DNA of 64,000 bases from Planctomycetota bacterium (GTDB lineage Bacteria; Planctomycetota; PLA2; JAEUHO01): contig CBDCTJ010000007.1 of the NCBI GenBank assembly GCA_965222115.1, positions 672,001 to 736,000 of the forward strand. The letters run 5' to 3'. The translations under genes were made by a program, and so were the position numbers. The notes beneath the pieces are model-generated. The model was not told where the DNA came from. It searched no databases and saw nothing but the letters and a program-made list of their open reading frames with translations. This document shows positions 9,338 to 19,075 of this stretch, piece by piece. How positions within the stretch are numbered: the first letter of the stretch is position 1; the number at the start of each line of letters is the position of its first letter.

Positions 9338-9943
9338 TCACTTCTTTTGACCTTCTACATAGATTTTGAGCTTCCCGAGTAACTTCTCGTTTGCTGTTTT
9401 GAAAAAACCAAGGACCGCGTCGTACTCCTTGCTTGCGCCGTATCCCGTGCCATACGAGATGACTTCGGTCTTCTTGTTTCCCACGCGGCGAAAGAGAACT
9501 ACGTTGTACAGATTCTTGGCATTCTTGGAGAGGAACGGGGGCCAATTCTTGGCGGGCTGTGCTTGGAGCGTGAGGAGTTCGTTGGGTACATAGTTGACGA
9601 TCCGCAGTCGATTGGTGCCTTCGTCGCCGAGTTTCCCGTCCTTGTCGTATCGCGTTTGAATTTCCCCACCGACGCGAAGATCGATCGAGGCTTGTGTCGC
9701 GGCCCAGGCTGCATAGCCCTTGTCGGTCGTATACGCCTTCCATACCTCACTCGCGGGGGCGTTGATAAGTGCACGGTGTATCAGAATGCGCTCTTTCGCG
9801 GCTGTTGTGCGTATCTCGCTGGTGAGCGGGGATTTCGTCGCCGCGGTTTCTTCCGCACGCGACGTGTCTGAAAGGAACAGAGCCGTACCCACGGCTACGA
9901 GTGCGAAGGAACTCAGCGCAACACCCAATTGAAGCACGTTCAT
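9338..9943 (-). CDS. Secreted SRPBCC/AHSA1-domain protein
   Basis: INAPASEVWKAYTT...W...IDLRVGG; signal peptide; AAGGAG RBS before ATG 9943. Confidence 0.8.
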   Translation of the reverse strand: MNVLQLGVALSSFALVAVGTALFLSDTSRAEETAATKSPLTSEIRTTAAKERILIHRALINAPASEVWKAYTTDKGYAAWAATQASIDLRVGGEIQTRYDKDGKLGDEGTNRLRIVNYVPNELLTLQAQPAKNWPPFLSKNAKNLYNVVLFRRVGNKKTEVISYGTGYGASKEYDAVLGFFKTANEKLLGKLKIYVEGQKK

Positions 9944-10050
9944 TTGATTCTCCTTGCAGATCCTGATTTGGGCCCGTGGCGGCTTTCGCCCCTGAGGTGG
10001 GCTTTCACCAAAAGTCGCATATCGTGTCCATGCTACGTTAGGAGTCGTCC

Positions 10051-10452
10051 ATGCGCATTCGTCTAGCAAGCGTCCCTGTATCCGATCAGGACCATGCGTT
10101 GCGTTTCTATACCGAGAAGCTCGGTTTCTTGGTCAAGCGCGACATCCCTATGGGCCACGGCGCTCGTCTTATCACGCTGGTCGCGCCAGATGACCCCGAC
10201 GGCGCGCAGCTCATGCTCGAACCCTGCGGCGAGCATCCGCCCACCAAGGTGTACAAGCAGGCATTGGTGGACGAGGGGATTCCGTTCAATGCGTTTGAGG
10301 TACAAGACTGCAAGGCCGAGTTTGAGCGCCTCAAGAGCCTTGGCGTCGAGTTCAAGGTTGCGCCCATGGATGCAGGCATGTCGATCGTTGCCACGTTTGA
10401 CGATACATGTGGGAATCTGATCATGATCTACGAAGAGAAAGCAACAGACTGA
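10051..10452 (+). CDS. VOC / glyoxalase-bleomycin resistance family protein
   Basis: VSDQDHALRFYTEKLGF...FDDTCGNLI; AGGAG RBS. Confidence 0.92.
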   Translation: MRIRLASVPVSDQDHALRFYTEKLGFLVKRDIPMGHGARLITLVAPDDPDGAQLMLEPCGEHPPTKVYKQALVDEGIPFNAFEVQDCKAEFERLKSLGVEFKVAPMDAGMSIVATFDDTCGNLIMIYEEKATD

Positions 10453-10480
10453 GTCGAGGCCATCGTGGGGGACGAGCAAC

Positions 10481-10933
10481 ATGAATACTTCTGAACATGA
10501 ACCGACGTTCTACATGCGTATCGCAAAGGGTGACGGCTACGAGGAACATGGCCCGATTCCTCTTTCTAGAATTCGTTCATGGTCCGAGGAGGGGAGCATT
10601 GCGCCGGGGACCAAGTTTTCACGTGAGCGCATGGTTTGGGATCTGACGTTAGACGACGTTCTTAACTACAAACCCCCAGCCAACGTGTCGTCGCCCGATG
10701 TTGAGTCAGCTAGCGGTGGTTCGCCCCTCAGTAGTTTTATTCGGGTGTGTTTCCTCGCGAGCGCAGGCTTCACGGTGCTGGTCTACTTCATGGCACGGCG
10801 TTCAAACCCCTCCGAAGGGATGGTGATTTTCTATACGATCGCCAAGTTCGTAGCTGGCGCTACGTTGCTGTGGCTCATCATCTACACGGCCGTTCGTGAG
10901 GCGATGCTCGTGCTTCGAAGGCGAGATACGTAG
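10481..10933 (+). CDS. GYF/DUF4339-like membrane protein
   Basis: EHGPIPLSRIRSWSEEGSI N-terminal motif plus two C-terminal hydrophobic helices. Confidence 0.55.
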   Translation: MNTSEHEPTFYMRIAKGDGYEEHGPIPLSRIRSWSEEGSIAPGTKFSRERMVWDLTLDDVLNYKPPANVSSPDVESASGGSPLSSFIRVCFLASAGFTVLVYFMARRSNPSEGMVIFYTIAKFVAGATLLWLIIYTAVREAMLVLRRRDT

Positions 10934-11281
10934 TTCGGCGGTTTAGAGAATAGGTCGCTACATGCGCACGTCCGATGTGACGGGATTAGTTGTGCCGAAT
11001 GTCAAACGACGCGTCGCACGCCAGCTGCGTGACAATCTGGTTGGACTCAATGAAACGCTTCAACGGGTCGTGATAGTGCCATAGACATAGTTCCGCCGCG
11101 GGATATTGACGGACGTACTCGCTCGACGGCACGATGTACATGTCGTCGGGGGTAGAATCACCTTCATGACTCGCCTTGATGGCCCGTAGTTGACGCCTGG
11201 TACCTCCTTTGGGGGCCGCACGAATCAGTTCAATTCACCTTGAAACGTCTATTATTCGGCTTTTTTCGTTGAAGATAAGAT

Positions 11282-11323
11282 TTAACTAATGGCTGTTGAC
11301 TAAATTTGACTAATCTGTATTAT
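11282..11323 (+). promoter_or_regulatory. sigma70-type promoter overlapped by three TT(A/G)ACTAA direct repeats
   Basis: TTGACT (11296-11301) - 16 nt - TATTAT (11318-11323); repeats start at 11282, 11296 and 11306 in an AT-rich patch. Confidence 0.6.
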
Positions 11324-11329
11324 CTAAAT

Positions 11330-12748
11330 ATGGACCCTCGTTTCGCTGCCCACAACACTCATCGCGAGGACGTAGGGCGATTCGAGGAGCTGGATCCACA
11401 GCTCCGTCGGCTAGCGCGATTGCCCGTTGCTTGGCGATCACCTTTGCTCGATCAACTGCCTCATGACGTGCCGGGGATCTATACGCTCGGTGGTGCGCGG
11501 CAAGTGGGGAAAACAACGCTCCTAAAGCAGTGGATGCTCGAACGACTTCAGCAGGGTGCGGCGGCGGAGGCGGTCGCGTACATCACTGCAGACATGGCGG
11601 ATGACCATCACACGCTATTGCGTTGGTTGACGTTGGCGTTAGACGACGCGCGCTCGTGTGACCGAGCGTGGATTGTGCTGGATGAAGTGACGTATGTTTC
11701 TGGGTGGGGTCGCGCCATTAAATTCCTTGCCGATGCTGGCGAGTTGGAACGCACCGTATTGATTCTCACGGGTTCTGACTTGGGCATGCTCAAGGATCTG
11801 CGCACAACGTTGCCGGGGCGTCGCGGTCGTGCATCCGAAGTGGATTTTCATCTGCATCCACTCAGTTGGTTGGATGCCGCGCGCGCAAAGCGTGAACTCG
11901 CCGTCGCCGATTGCGACGCGCTATGTAATGCGTTGAGCGATCCGGTGGCGTTGTCTTCCTGCCGTGGCGACCTATGGGAGCGGTGTTGGAAGTCGATCGA
12001 TCAATACTCGATGCACGGTGGCTTCTTGACCGCAATCAACGACGCGGTTGCGTTGGACTCGATTCTCCCCGCAACGTTTGCCACGTATAGCGATTGGGTC
12101 CGTGGCGACATGCTGAAGAGTGGGAAGCGTGAGCCGTACCTAAGAGAAATCGTCCGCGCGTGGGTTAGGCGCCACGGATCACAGGTGAGTTGGAATGCGC
12201 TTGCGCGAGAGCTGTCCATCGAGCACCCCACCACCGTATCCGACTACATCCTGCTGCTTGAACGGCTGGATGTGTGTTTCGTGCAGTACGCACTTCGAGA
12301 ACACACCCTTACGCCTGCACCCAAGAAGTCGCGCAAAGTCGTACCGACCGACCCGTTCATTTTTCACGCACTTGATGCGTGGCACCGGGATGCACACGAT
12401 CCGATGACTCAGGTGGTGGCACCCATGCTCGCGTCGAAGGAACATCAGAGTCGGGTGATCGAGTCCATACTCGTGAGTCATGCCCGTAGACATTGGCCCA
12501 CGTATTACATCAAGCGCAACCGATCCGAAGTGGATCTCGCGATCGTGCGTGAGGGAGAGACCCTGCTGATGGAAGTTAAGTGGCGTCAGCAGCTCCGCCC
12601 CAGCGACGCCGTCGTGCTTGCAAACGACTCGCACGCGCTCGTCGCAGCGCGCACGGAGTCGGTCGGTCATATTCGGGATGTGCCGATACTGCCCATTCCG
12701 GTAGTGCTTGCGTGTTTCTCGCGCGGCGCGTGGCCAACGGATACTTAG
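11330..12748 (+). CDS. AAA_14 ATPase with DUF4143 C-terminal domain
   Basis: Walker A GARQVGKTT, Walker B VLDEV, LTGS, GGF, C-terminal EVD...EVK nuclease-like motif. Confidence 0.88.
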   Translation: MDPRFAAHNTHREDVGRFEELDPQLRRLARLPVAWRSPLLDQLPHDVPGIYTLGGARQVGKTTLLKQWMLERLQQGAAAEAVAYITADMADDHHTLLRWLTLALDDARSCDRAWIVLDEVTYVSGWGRAIKFLADAGELERTVLILTGSDLGMLKDLRTTLPGRRGRASEVDFHLHPLSWLDAARAKRELAVADCDALCNALSDPVALSSCRGDLWERCWKSIDQYSMHGGFLTAINDAVALDSILPATFATYSDWVRGDMLKSGKREPYLREIVRAWVRRHGSQVSWNALARELSIEHPTTVSDYILLLERLDVCFVQYALREHTLTPAPKKSRKVVPTDPFIFHALDAWHRDAHDPMTQVVAPMLASKEHQSRVIESILVSHARRHWPTYYIKRNRSEVDLAIVREGETLLMEVKWRQQLRPSDAVVLANDSHALVAARTESVGHIRDVPILPIPVVLACFSRGAWPTDT

Positions 12749-12817
12749 CCGATCTTCGAGCGCATGACCGCAGCATGATGTGCGGCGCGTCTCATCGGTC
12801 GCGTTGGAGGCCATCGC

Positions 12818-15784
12818 ATGCAACGCAAGACGGGCTTAGTCGTTCTGTTGGGTTTGATCGCCGTGGGGATCGTTGCTTGGTTTGTGATGCGCGGCAGCGA
12901 TCAAGATTCTCAACACGCGTTCTCCGTGGATGAGACGTCTAAAACGGAGAACGACGCCAAGTCAGAACAGTTCCCGGCAACGTTGCGCGGTACGAAGTAC
13001 GCGTCGTCCGAGGACGCGCTAGCGTCCGACAAGGAAGCCACGGATCGATCGCCAAAGGAAGAGATACCCGTTACAAATGACGGCTACCGCGTAGTGGGCG
13101 TCATCGTCAACAAGCGTGGCGAGCCGCAATCGGGAGCTCGGGTGGAAGCACGTACCGTGATAGGCGAACTTGCGGGTACGCCCACGCTTACAGACGCCTC
13201 CGGTCGATTCGACATGCTCCTCGACGCGCACTATCCGACCGAGGAAACGAGGTCACTCATGCTCATGCTGCGAGTTCAAAAAGGAGACCTCGTTGCGGCC
13301 CATCCCGCATACGTGCTTTACCAGCAGGTGCCATCCGATGCCCGTCGCATTGAGTTGTACAGTGGGTTCTCATTCGATGTGCGTGTGACCAGCAACGCTT
13401 GCAGTGGCGTGCCGCCGGCGACGGTTGTCGTGCAGCGATTTGTGCGCGAGGGCATGTCGACGGGTGCTATCGCGCGTCATGAAACGGATGTCGCCGGCCA
13501 TGTACGCGTGGGGCCTGTTCCGGCGGGGAAATATAAGATCTACGCCTATGCCGATTCTTGCGGTCGGGGTGAAGCAGGAGTGACGTTGCCTCAAGGAGTC
13601 GATGCGCCGGTTGAAATTGAGATCGAGGAAAGTCGCGACATCATGGTGACGGTTGTTGATGGGGATGGTGGTGAACCGGTTCCCCATGCAACGCTCGAGC
13701 TCTTGGAGCACATCGGTCGACCTCGGATGGAGTTGTTTAAGCCATGTATGCCGCCTTTGAATGTGCCGCCGACCGATCAGCAAGGCGTGACGATCATTCA
13801 AGGAGTTAGCAAGTCGGTGCAGCTAGCCGTCATGGTCAAGGTGGATGGTCGTATGACACCCACACAGAGCAGCGCCGGCATTCCGTTGCCCCTAATCAAG
13901 GCAGACGAAACGGAGGCGCGCATAGAGTTGCCACCAACCCGAACCGTGCGATGGCCGATCACTGACAAAGAGGGGCCGATTCCGGACGACGGCACCAAGC
14001 TGGCGCTTAAGAGTGGTCCGCAGTCACGGTGGGTAAGCTTGCCCAAGGCCGGGCGCGTGGAGCAGGGGCACGTTGTGATTGACGGGCTACTTCCGACGCA
14101 CATTCACGCGTTGGCGGTTACGCCCGATGGACGCATTGCGCGCCTTTTCGCGAAGAATACGGATGACCTTGGCAATGCAACGTCGTTTCGAAGTCCGCGT
14201 TCGATTGACGTAACCGTGATGTATCCGGATGGAACACCCGTGACCGGTAGGTGGGTCCACTTGCGCGGGCCAGGAAACAACTCAGTTGGAGAGGCGCTGC
14301 CACTTGATGACAAGGGTAAGGCGACGTTTCGAAACCTCTATGGCATGCGCGTGACCGTGTACTTGTCCGAGGCGGGAGAGACGTTTGGGGGCATCGCAAT
14401 AGGGAACGTCGATCTCGACAAGGGTAGTGGCCGCGTCGATCACACACTCGCGCGAAAGCGTGAGGTACTTCTCATGGTCACGCTCAATGGCAAGCCCGGT
14501 ATCCCTGCCAAACTTACACCTCGCACATGGAGTGGTATGGCCTCGACGGCCCACCCCATCGAAGTGGTAGACGCAGCCAAGGGTATCGTGCGCATTTGGT
14601 GGCAACCGCCGGCACCCGGTGCCAAAGGAACGTTTGGGATTACCACGCCCGGGTGGATTGCCAAAAAAGGCGAACTTCCGATTCGGCTTGAAGACTCGGG
14701 GAGCGGCGCCATTGAACGTGCGCTACACCTCGTGCGCGGCGGCACGCTTGAGATACGCATACAGAAGCCGCCGAAGCGCATGGTGGGCATCGTCCTGCAG
14801 CACTGGGCCCCCGAGCGAAGCGTATGGAACGATACGATTCGGCCGATAGAGCTGTCGCCCGATGGAAGCGCAACGTTGGACGCACTCTATCCAGGCCGCT
14901 ACCGACTTGCATCGCGCATGGGCGGGGGCGTCAGCGCGCCGGTTCAAGTTGATGATGGTCAGACAACAAGCGTTACGTTTGATTTGAGCAGAGAAGGCAT
15001 TGTAAGCGGTCGAGTTGAGTTCCCCGAGGGCACGGAGTTCAATGGCGGAAGCGTTGAAGTCGTGGGGCGTTCCTACGTAGCGCGCGGCAGGCGTGGGTGG
15101 CCCGTACGACCGGATGGAACGTTTCAACTCGTCGTCTCTGGAACCGAAGACGTTGTACTTAGACCCAAGAGCGGTCTGCTCATACCTGCATCGAGCGGTG
15201 GGTCGGTCAAGGTCAAAGAACCCCGCGACGGCATTGTCTTACGCCTCGCCGCGGGCCCCGTGATTACAGCGAAGCTCAACCCCGCGCCGCCGATCGTTGC
15301 CAAGCGCCATGATCGAAAGCGGCTGTTGGCTTTCAAAGGCGCTCCGACGTCAATTGCATTGGGTCGTGAGGTGACGATCAAGGTTGAGGATGGCGTGTTG
15401 TCGGCCGGCGGATTGCCCCCGGGCACGTGGACGCTGTGGTTAGACATTCCGGGATTCGTGCCATTGACGATCAAAGACGTCGAAGTGACGGAATCGGGCG
15501 CCGACCTTGGCGCGCTAACGCTCTCCAGAGGTTCGTCGTTTCGCCTCAATTACAAAGTAAAGGATGGGCAGTCGCCGCCGCGTATCACGGTGTGGGTGCA
15601 GTCGGCCACGGAACCTAAGTACTCGCGCAATTCGCGAGCAACCGGCACCGAGATGCTTGTTACTGGTATTGGATCCGGCCGTCACCTTGTGCGAGGCATG
15701 TCGTTGGGCGGCGGGGGCGGCATCAATGAGGAGATTGAGTTTGACGGCGAGTCATTGATCGAGCGCACCATTGACCTGCGGTAG
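12818..15784 (+). CDS. Membrane-anchored carboxypeptidase-regulatory-like (beta-sandwich) repeat protein
   Basis: N-terminal TM; repeated motifs such as GEPQSGARV, TDASGRF, TDVAGHV, VPAGKY, LYPGRY and LPPGTW. Confidence 0.7.
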   Translation: MQRKTGLVVLLGLIAVGIVAWFVMRGSDQDSQHAFSVDETSKTENDAKSEQFPATLRGTKYASSEDALASDKEATDRSPKEEIPVTNDGYRVVGVIVNKRGEPQSGARVEARTVIGELAGTPTLTDASGRFDMLLDAHYPTEETRSLMLMLRVQKGDLVAAHPAYVLYQQVPSDARRIELYSGFSFDVRVTSNACSGVPPATVVVQRFVREGMSTGAIARHETDVAGHVRVGPVPAGKYKIYAYADSCGRGEAGVTLPQGVDAPVEIEIEESRDIMVTVVDGDGGEPVPHATLELLEHIGRPRMELFKPCMPPLNVPPTDQQGVTIIQGVSKSVQLAVMVKVDGRMTPTQSSAGIPLPLIKADETEARIELPPTRTVRWPITDKEGPIPDDGTKLALKSGPQSRWVSLPKAGRVEQGHVVIDGLLPTHIHALAVTPDGRIARLFAKNTDDLGNATSFRSPRSIDVTVMYPDGTPVTGRWVHLRGPGNNSVGEALPLDDKGKATFRNLYGMRVTVYLSEAGETFGGIAIGNVDLDKGSGRVDHTLARKREVLLMVTLNGKPGIPAKLTPRTWSGMASTAHPIEVVDAAKGIVRIWWQPPAPGAKGTFGITTPGWIAKKGELPIRLEDSGSGAIERALHLVRGGTLEIRIQKPPKRMVGIVLQHWAPERSVWNDTIRPIELSPDGSATLDALYPGRYRLASRMGGGVSAPVQVDDGQTTSVTFDLSREGIVSGRVEFPEGTEFNGGSVEVVGRSYVARGRRGWPVRPDGTFQLVVSGTEDVVLRPKSGLLIPASSGGSVKVKEPRDGIVLRLAAGPVITAKLNPAPPIVAKRHDRKRLLAFKGAPTSIALGREVTIKVEDGVLSAGGLPPGTWTLWLDIPGFVPLTIKDVEVTESGADLGALTLSRGSSFRLNYKVKDGQSPPRITVWVQSATEPKYSRNSRATGTEMLVTGIGSGRHLVRGMSLGGGGGINEEIEFDGESLIERTIDLR

Positions 15785-15809
15785 GGCCGACTGGGGACGC
15801 TCACGGGTT

Positions 15810-16328
15810 CTACGATCGATGGCGTAGCAGCAGATCGATGTATGCGCAATCGATGAGATCGTCCGGAGGAATCTCGAAGTATTTCATGAGCTCGTGAGCG
15901 ATCTGAAGCCCCCGCTCGTGGGTGTCGTTATCCCCCAGCACCACCTCCAGCTCCATAAACGTACCGAGATCGGAAACGTCGTCTAAGTGAACGCGCGTTT
16001 GATCGATCATAATGAGTTCTCGCCGCTTGGTTATGGTGCCTAGTTCGCCTAGGGCTCCTGCGAGGAGTGCCCTCATCTCGCTCGGGTTTGTTACCTCCAC
16101 AATTCTGTAGTTTGATGCTTTGGGACCTTGGATGTCGGGCCGGTGATACGCAATTAGTTCCGCGGGGCCGCTGGGGAAACTACGAAGTTTGAGGCGACCG
16201 AAAGGCACGTGAAAGAATACGTCACACTGTTCCAGATGGCTCACGGGTGAGGTCGCGCGCCGATGGGCCTGCTGTCGTACACGCTCCATAGTGGCTATGC
16301 GCGCTTTGATTTCTATGTTGGTGGGCAT
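15810..16328 (-). CDS. CYTH-domain (class IV adenylate cyclase-like) protein
   Basis: NIEIKAR, GRLKLR and RVHLDDVSDLGTFMELEV motifs. Confidence 0.9.
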   Translation of the reverse strand: MPTNIEIKARIATMERVRQQAHRRATSPVSHLEQCDVFFHVPFGRLKLRSFPSGPAELIAYHRPDIQGPKASNYRIVEVTNPSEMRALLAGALGELGTITKRRELIMIDQTRVHLDDVSDLGTFMELEVVLGDNDTHERGLQIAHELMKYFEIPPDDLIDCAYIDLLLRHRS

Positions 16329-16385
16329 GCAATGTTCCCCTGCATGAGGTGTTTACGACGGGATGGATGCGGCTAGGATCTATGA

Positions 16386-17504
16386 ATGATGCATGGCCTC
16401 TCCCACAGTTGCGTAGTGCTTCGAACGCTGTTCGTGCTAGCACTACACGCAGTGCTGCTTGTGCCAGCCACGTTGCATGCCAAAGAAGCCGAGCTTCCTT
16501 ACCCGGCCGGGCGTTCGTCGCATCGTATTGAAGGCCTTCAAGTCGAGCTCGACGTGCCGAAGGATTTGACCGCCAAGAAACCTGCTTCACTGGTTGTGAT
16601 TTTGCATGGTGCTGGCGGCACGGCCACAGGCATGGCGAGTGTGCTTCGGTTACTACCCGAGGAGAACTATGTCGTCTGTGCGCCCAAGTCGGTCGGCAAA
16701 GTTTGGCAAGCCTCGGATCTCGAAAAGGTCAAGGCGATCACCAAGCACCTATTGGATGTACTCCCCATTGAAAAGCAGAGATTTCATGTAGTCGGCTATA
16801 GCAATGGATCATTCAACCTGCATCCGCTGGCATTTCACGAAACGTTGATGCCCGCAAGTGCCACGTGGGTTGCCGGTGGACACGTGGGCGGCCCGCCTCC
16901 CAAGTGGACGGCCAAACGACTGGCGGCGTTGTGCCTCGTGGGGGCCAACGACGCGAATCTGCGCGTAGCACGCGAAACGGTAAAGAAACTTCAAGGCAAG
17001 GTTCGAACCGTGGAGATTCGCACCGAGAAAGGAAAGGGTCACGAATGGCCCGATGGGCTCATGGCCTACTACCGCTGGTGGGTTGGCGTGGCCGAGGGAC
17101 GCATTGATCCCGCCACCGACATGAATTTCAACTGGACAAATGATGTGGATCAAGCACTCAAGAAGCTCGCCGGGCAAAAGAAGGGCGGCGCGCTTGTGTG
17201 GATCTGGAAACGCGCCGACAAACCAACTGAGCTCGATACCAGTTTGCAGCGCACGCTATTTCAAGATCCCGATGTGCGCTTCTTCGGCGAACAACTCGTG
17301 CCCATACGTCTCGAAGTGGAGGCTGACGCTGATGCAGTCGCGCGCGTGTCGGCCCTTGCGAAGCTCAAGAAACCCGTGTGGCCGGTACTTGTCGTACTCA
17401 ACACAAAGGGCGTGGCCAAGAAGGTGCTGTCAAAGAAGATCACCCAGCGAAAGCTCGTGGGCGCATTGCGCAAGGTGGCGCCGATCAAGAAGCGCGACGA
17501 ATAG
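16386..17504 (+). CDS. Secreted alpha/beta hydrolase (esterase-like) fused to a Cys-less thioredoxin-like domain
   Basis: LHGAGG oxyanion loop, GYSNG nucleophile, GAND and GHEW triad residues; C-terminal W-x-x-DVDQAL...LFQDPDVRFFGEQLVPIRL. Confidence 0.7.
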   Translation: MMHGLSHSCVVLRTLFVLALHAVLLVPATLHAKEAELPYPAGRSSHRIEGLQVELDVPKDLTAKKPASLVVILHGAGGTATGMASVLRLLPEENYVVCAPKSVGKVWQASDLEKVKAITKHLLDVLPIEKQRFHVVGYSNGSFNLHPLAFHETLMPASATWVAGGHVGGPPPKWTAKRLAALCLVGANDANLRVARETVKKLQGKVRTVEIRTEKGKGHEWPDGLMAYYRWWVGVAEGRIDPATDMNFNWTNDVDQALKKLAGQKKGGALVWIWKRADKPTELDTSLQRTLFQDPDVRFFGEQLVPIRLEVEADADAVARVSALAKLKKPVWPVLVVLNTKGVAKKVLSKKITQRKLVGALRKVAPIKKRDE

Positions 17505-18938
17505 CTACTCGGTTGTTACCGGTGGCAGGAGCGGGGCCAACGGTTTCTGCGTTGCGCGTTTGAGAAACAACAGCGCATAGCACGTGCGTTCTGCCCCCGG
17601 GCCACTGCGATCCGCCCCCGGCCAGCGGCCCTTGTCGTCATCGTTCGTTACGTGCTGCTTGCTGAGCAAGTACTTCGCGCCATCGCGGTACCAGCGATGT
17701 TCACCCATGTTCGGAACGCCCAACAGTGCGCCCGTGCGCTCCACACCATAGAGCCAATAGTAATGCCACGAAGCGTTGCCTGGATTACTCGATACCGTGA
17801 ACATCTCGCCCAGCTTGGCCCATCCACAGAGAATCGCGTTGTCGATGTCGGCAAGCGTGTACGTTTCGACGACTTTCTTTGCGCGTACCTCAGGCGCATT
17901 GGGTTTCACATTCTTTGCAAGGACCCAGAGCTCTTTCGCAATGGCCAGGCAAGCCACCCCGGCAGCCGTCATGCTGCCGGTTATCTTGGTGTCGTGATCG
18001 CCCTTTGCCTGCTCCTTGCGGATATACGACCAGCCGCGAGCTTCTACCGTTCGGCCCTTTATGACCTCCCCGTAGCGGCGCGATTCCTTACGACTGTTGA
18101 AGTACGTGAGTTGCACCTTCGGTCCACTGGCCTCTTGCGATTCCAGTAGATAGACCAACGCCGGCGTACACAGCGCACATGCCTTCTTGGGCTTGATTGC
18201 GCCCACACGTGCGGCGGCCTTGATGGCCAGCATTACGTACTGCGTGGCCGAGAGATCTTCGGTTGCGATACTGCCCTGCCACGGCCCCGGGTAGCGCCAC
18301 ACATGCGTGGAGCGGTTCTTTTCAAACGTCTTGATGATGTCGCGAATGGACGCTTTGCACTGTCGAATGCGTCGCCGCAATGCGCGCGGAATGCGGGGCG
18401 CATCCTTGTACTTGGCTTCACACGCCTTAATCCAGGCGACTTGAAACAGCACATGCACCGCGTAGCCATAGTTGAGGAACTTGCTGCCTTGAAACCGGCC
18501 ATAGAGCGGCTTGCAACCCATGCCTAGCGTGAACACCTCATCCTCGGGATCAACGCCACACGCGGCAAGCGAATAGAGGATGAATGAGTGCAGCGGCGGA
18601 GCGAGGCCGTCATCCATCAGCTTCGGAAATGAACCGTTATACTCTGCTGCTTTGCCACGCTTCCCGCGCTGTTGATGGCGAATCAGATAGGCTTTACCCG
18701 CTTCAATAGCTCGGTCGATAGCCGCCTGGGTCTCCTTGTCCACACCGTAAATGTCTTCTTTGGGTGGATGCTTGGCTTCCTTTGGCGCGGGCTTGCTTGG
18801 TGGCGCAACGTCCCCAGGCTGCTTCTCCTCTTCGGCGTACGCATGCGAGACGATTCCGAGCACAAATCCTGCAATCACTAGGCATGCCACACCGATTCGA
18901 ACGTCGGGACCTAGGCAGCGCATCGGATTCGTCTCCAT
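17505..18938 (-). CDS. Secreted prenyltransferase/squalene-cyclase-repeat-like (alpha/alpha toroid) protein
   Basis: DLSATQYVMLAI, RGWSY, GSMTAAGVACL, YYWLYGVERTG, WYRDGAKYLL and TCYALLFL motifs; start uncertain. Confidence 0.7.
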   Translation of the reverse strand: METNPMRCLGPDVRIGVACLVIAGFVLGIVSHAYAEEEKQPGDVAPPSKPAPKEAKHPPKEDIYGVDKETQAAIDRAIEAGKAYLIRHQQRGKRGKAAEYNGSFPKLMDDGLAPPLHSFILYSLAACGVDPEDEVFTLGMGCKPLYGRFQGSKFLNYGYAVHVLFQVAWIKACEAKYKDAPRIPRALRRRIRQCKASIRDIIKTFEKNRSTHVWRYPGPWQGSIATEDLSATQYVMLAIKAAARVGAIKPKKACALCTPALVYLLESQEASGPKVQLTYFNSRKESRRYGEVIKGRTVEARGWSYIRKEQAKGDHDTKITGSMTAAGVACLAIAKELWVLAKNVKPNAPEVRAKKVVETYTLADIDNAILCGWAKLGEMFTVSSNPGNASWHYYWLYGVERTGALLGVPNMGEHRWYRDGAKYLLSKQHVTNDDDKGRWPGADRSGPGAERTCYALLFLKRATQKPLAPLLPPVTTE

Positions 18939-19075
18939 GAGAGAGGCTGCAAGGTACCAGAATGTCGGAATCAATGGATTGGCACGCCTGGGCCGAGCGC
19001 CAAACTTGGTCGTTACGTCGAATGCAAACGACGGACTGATGGAATGACGCTTGGTCACAAGCGGTTCAAGAGGGA

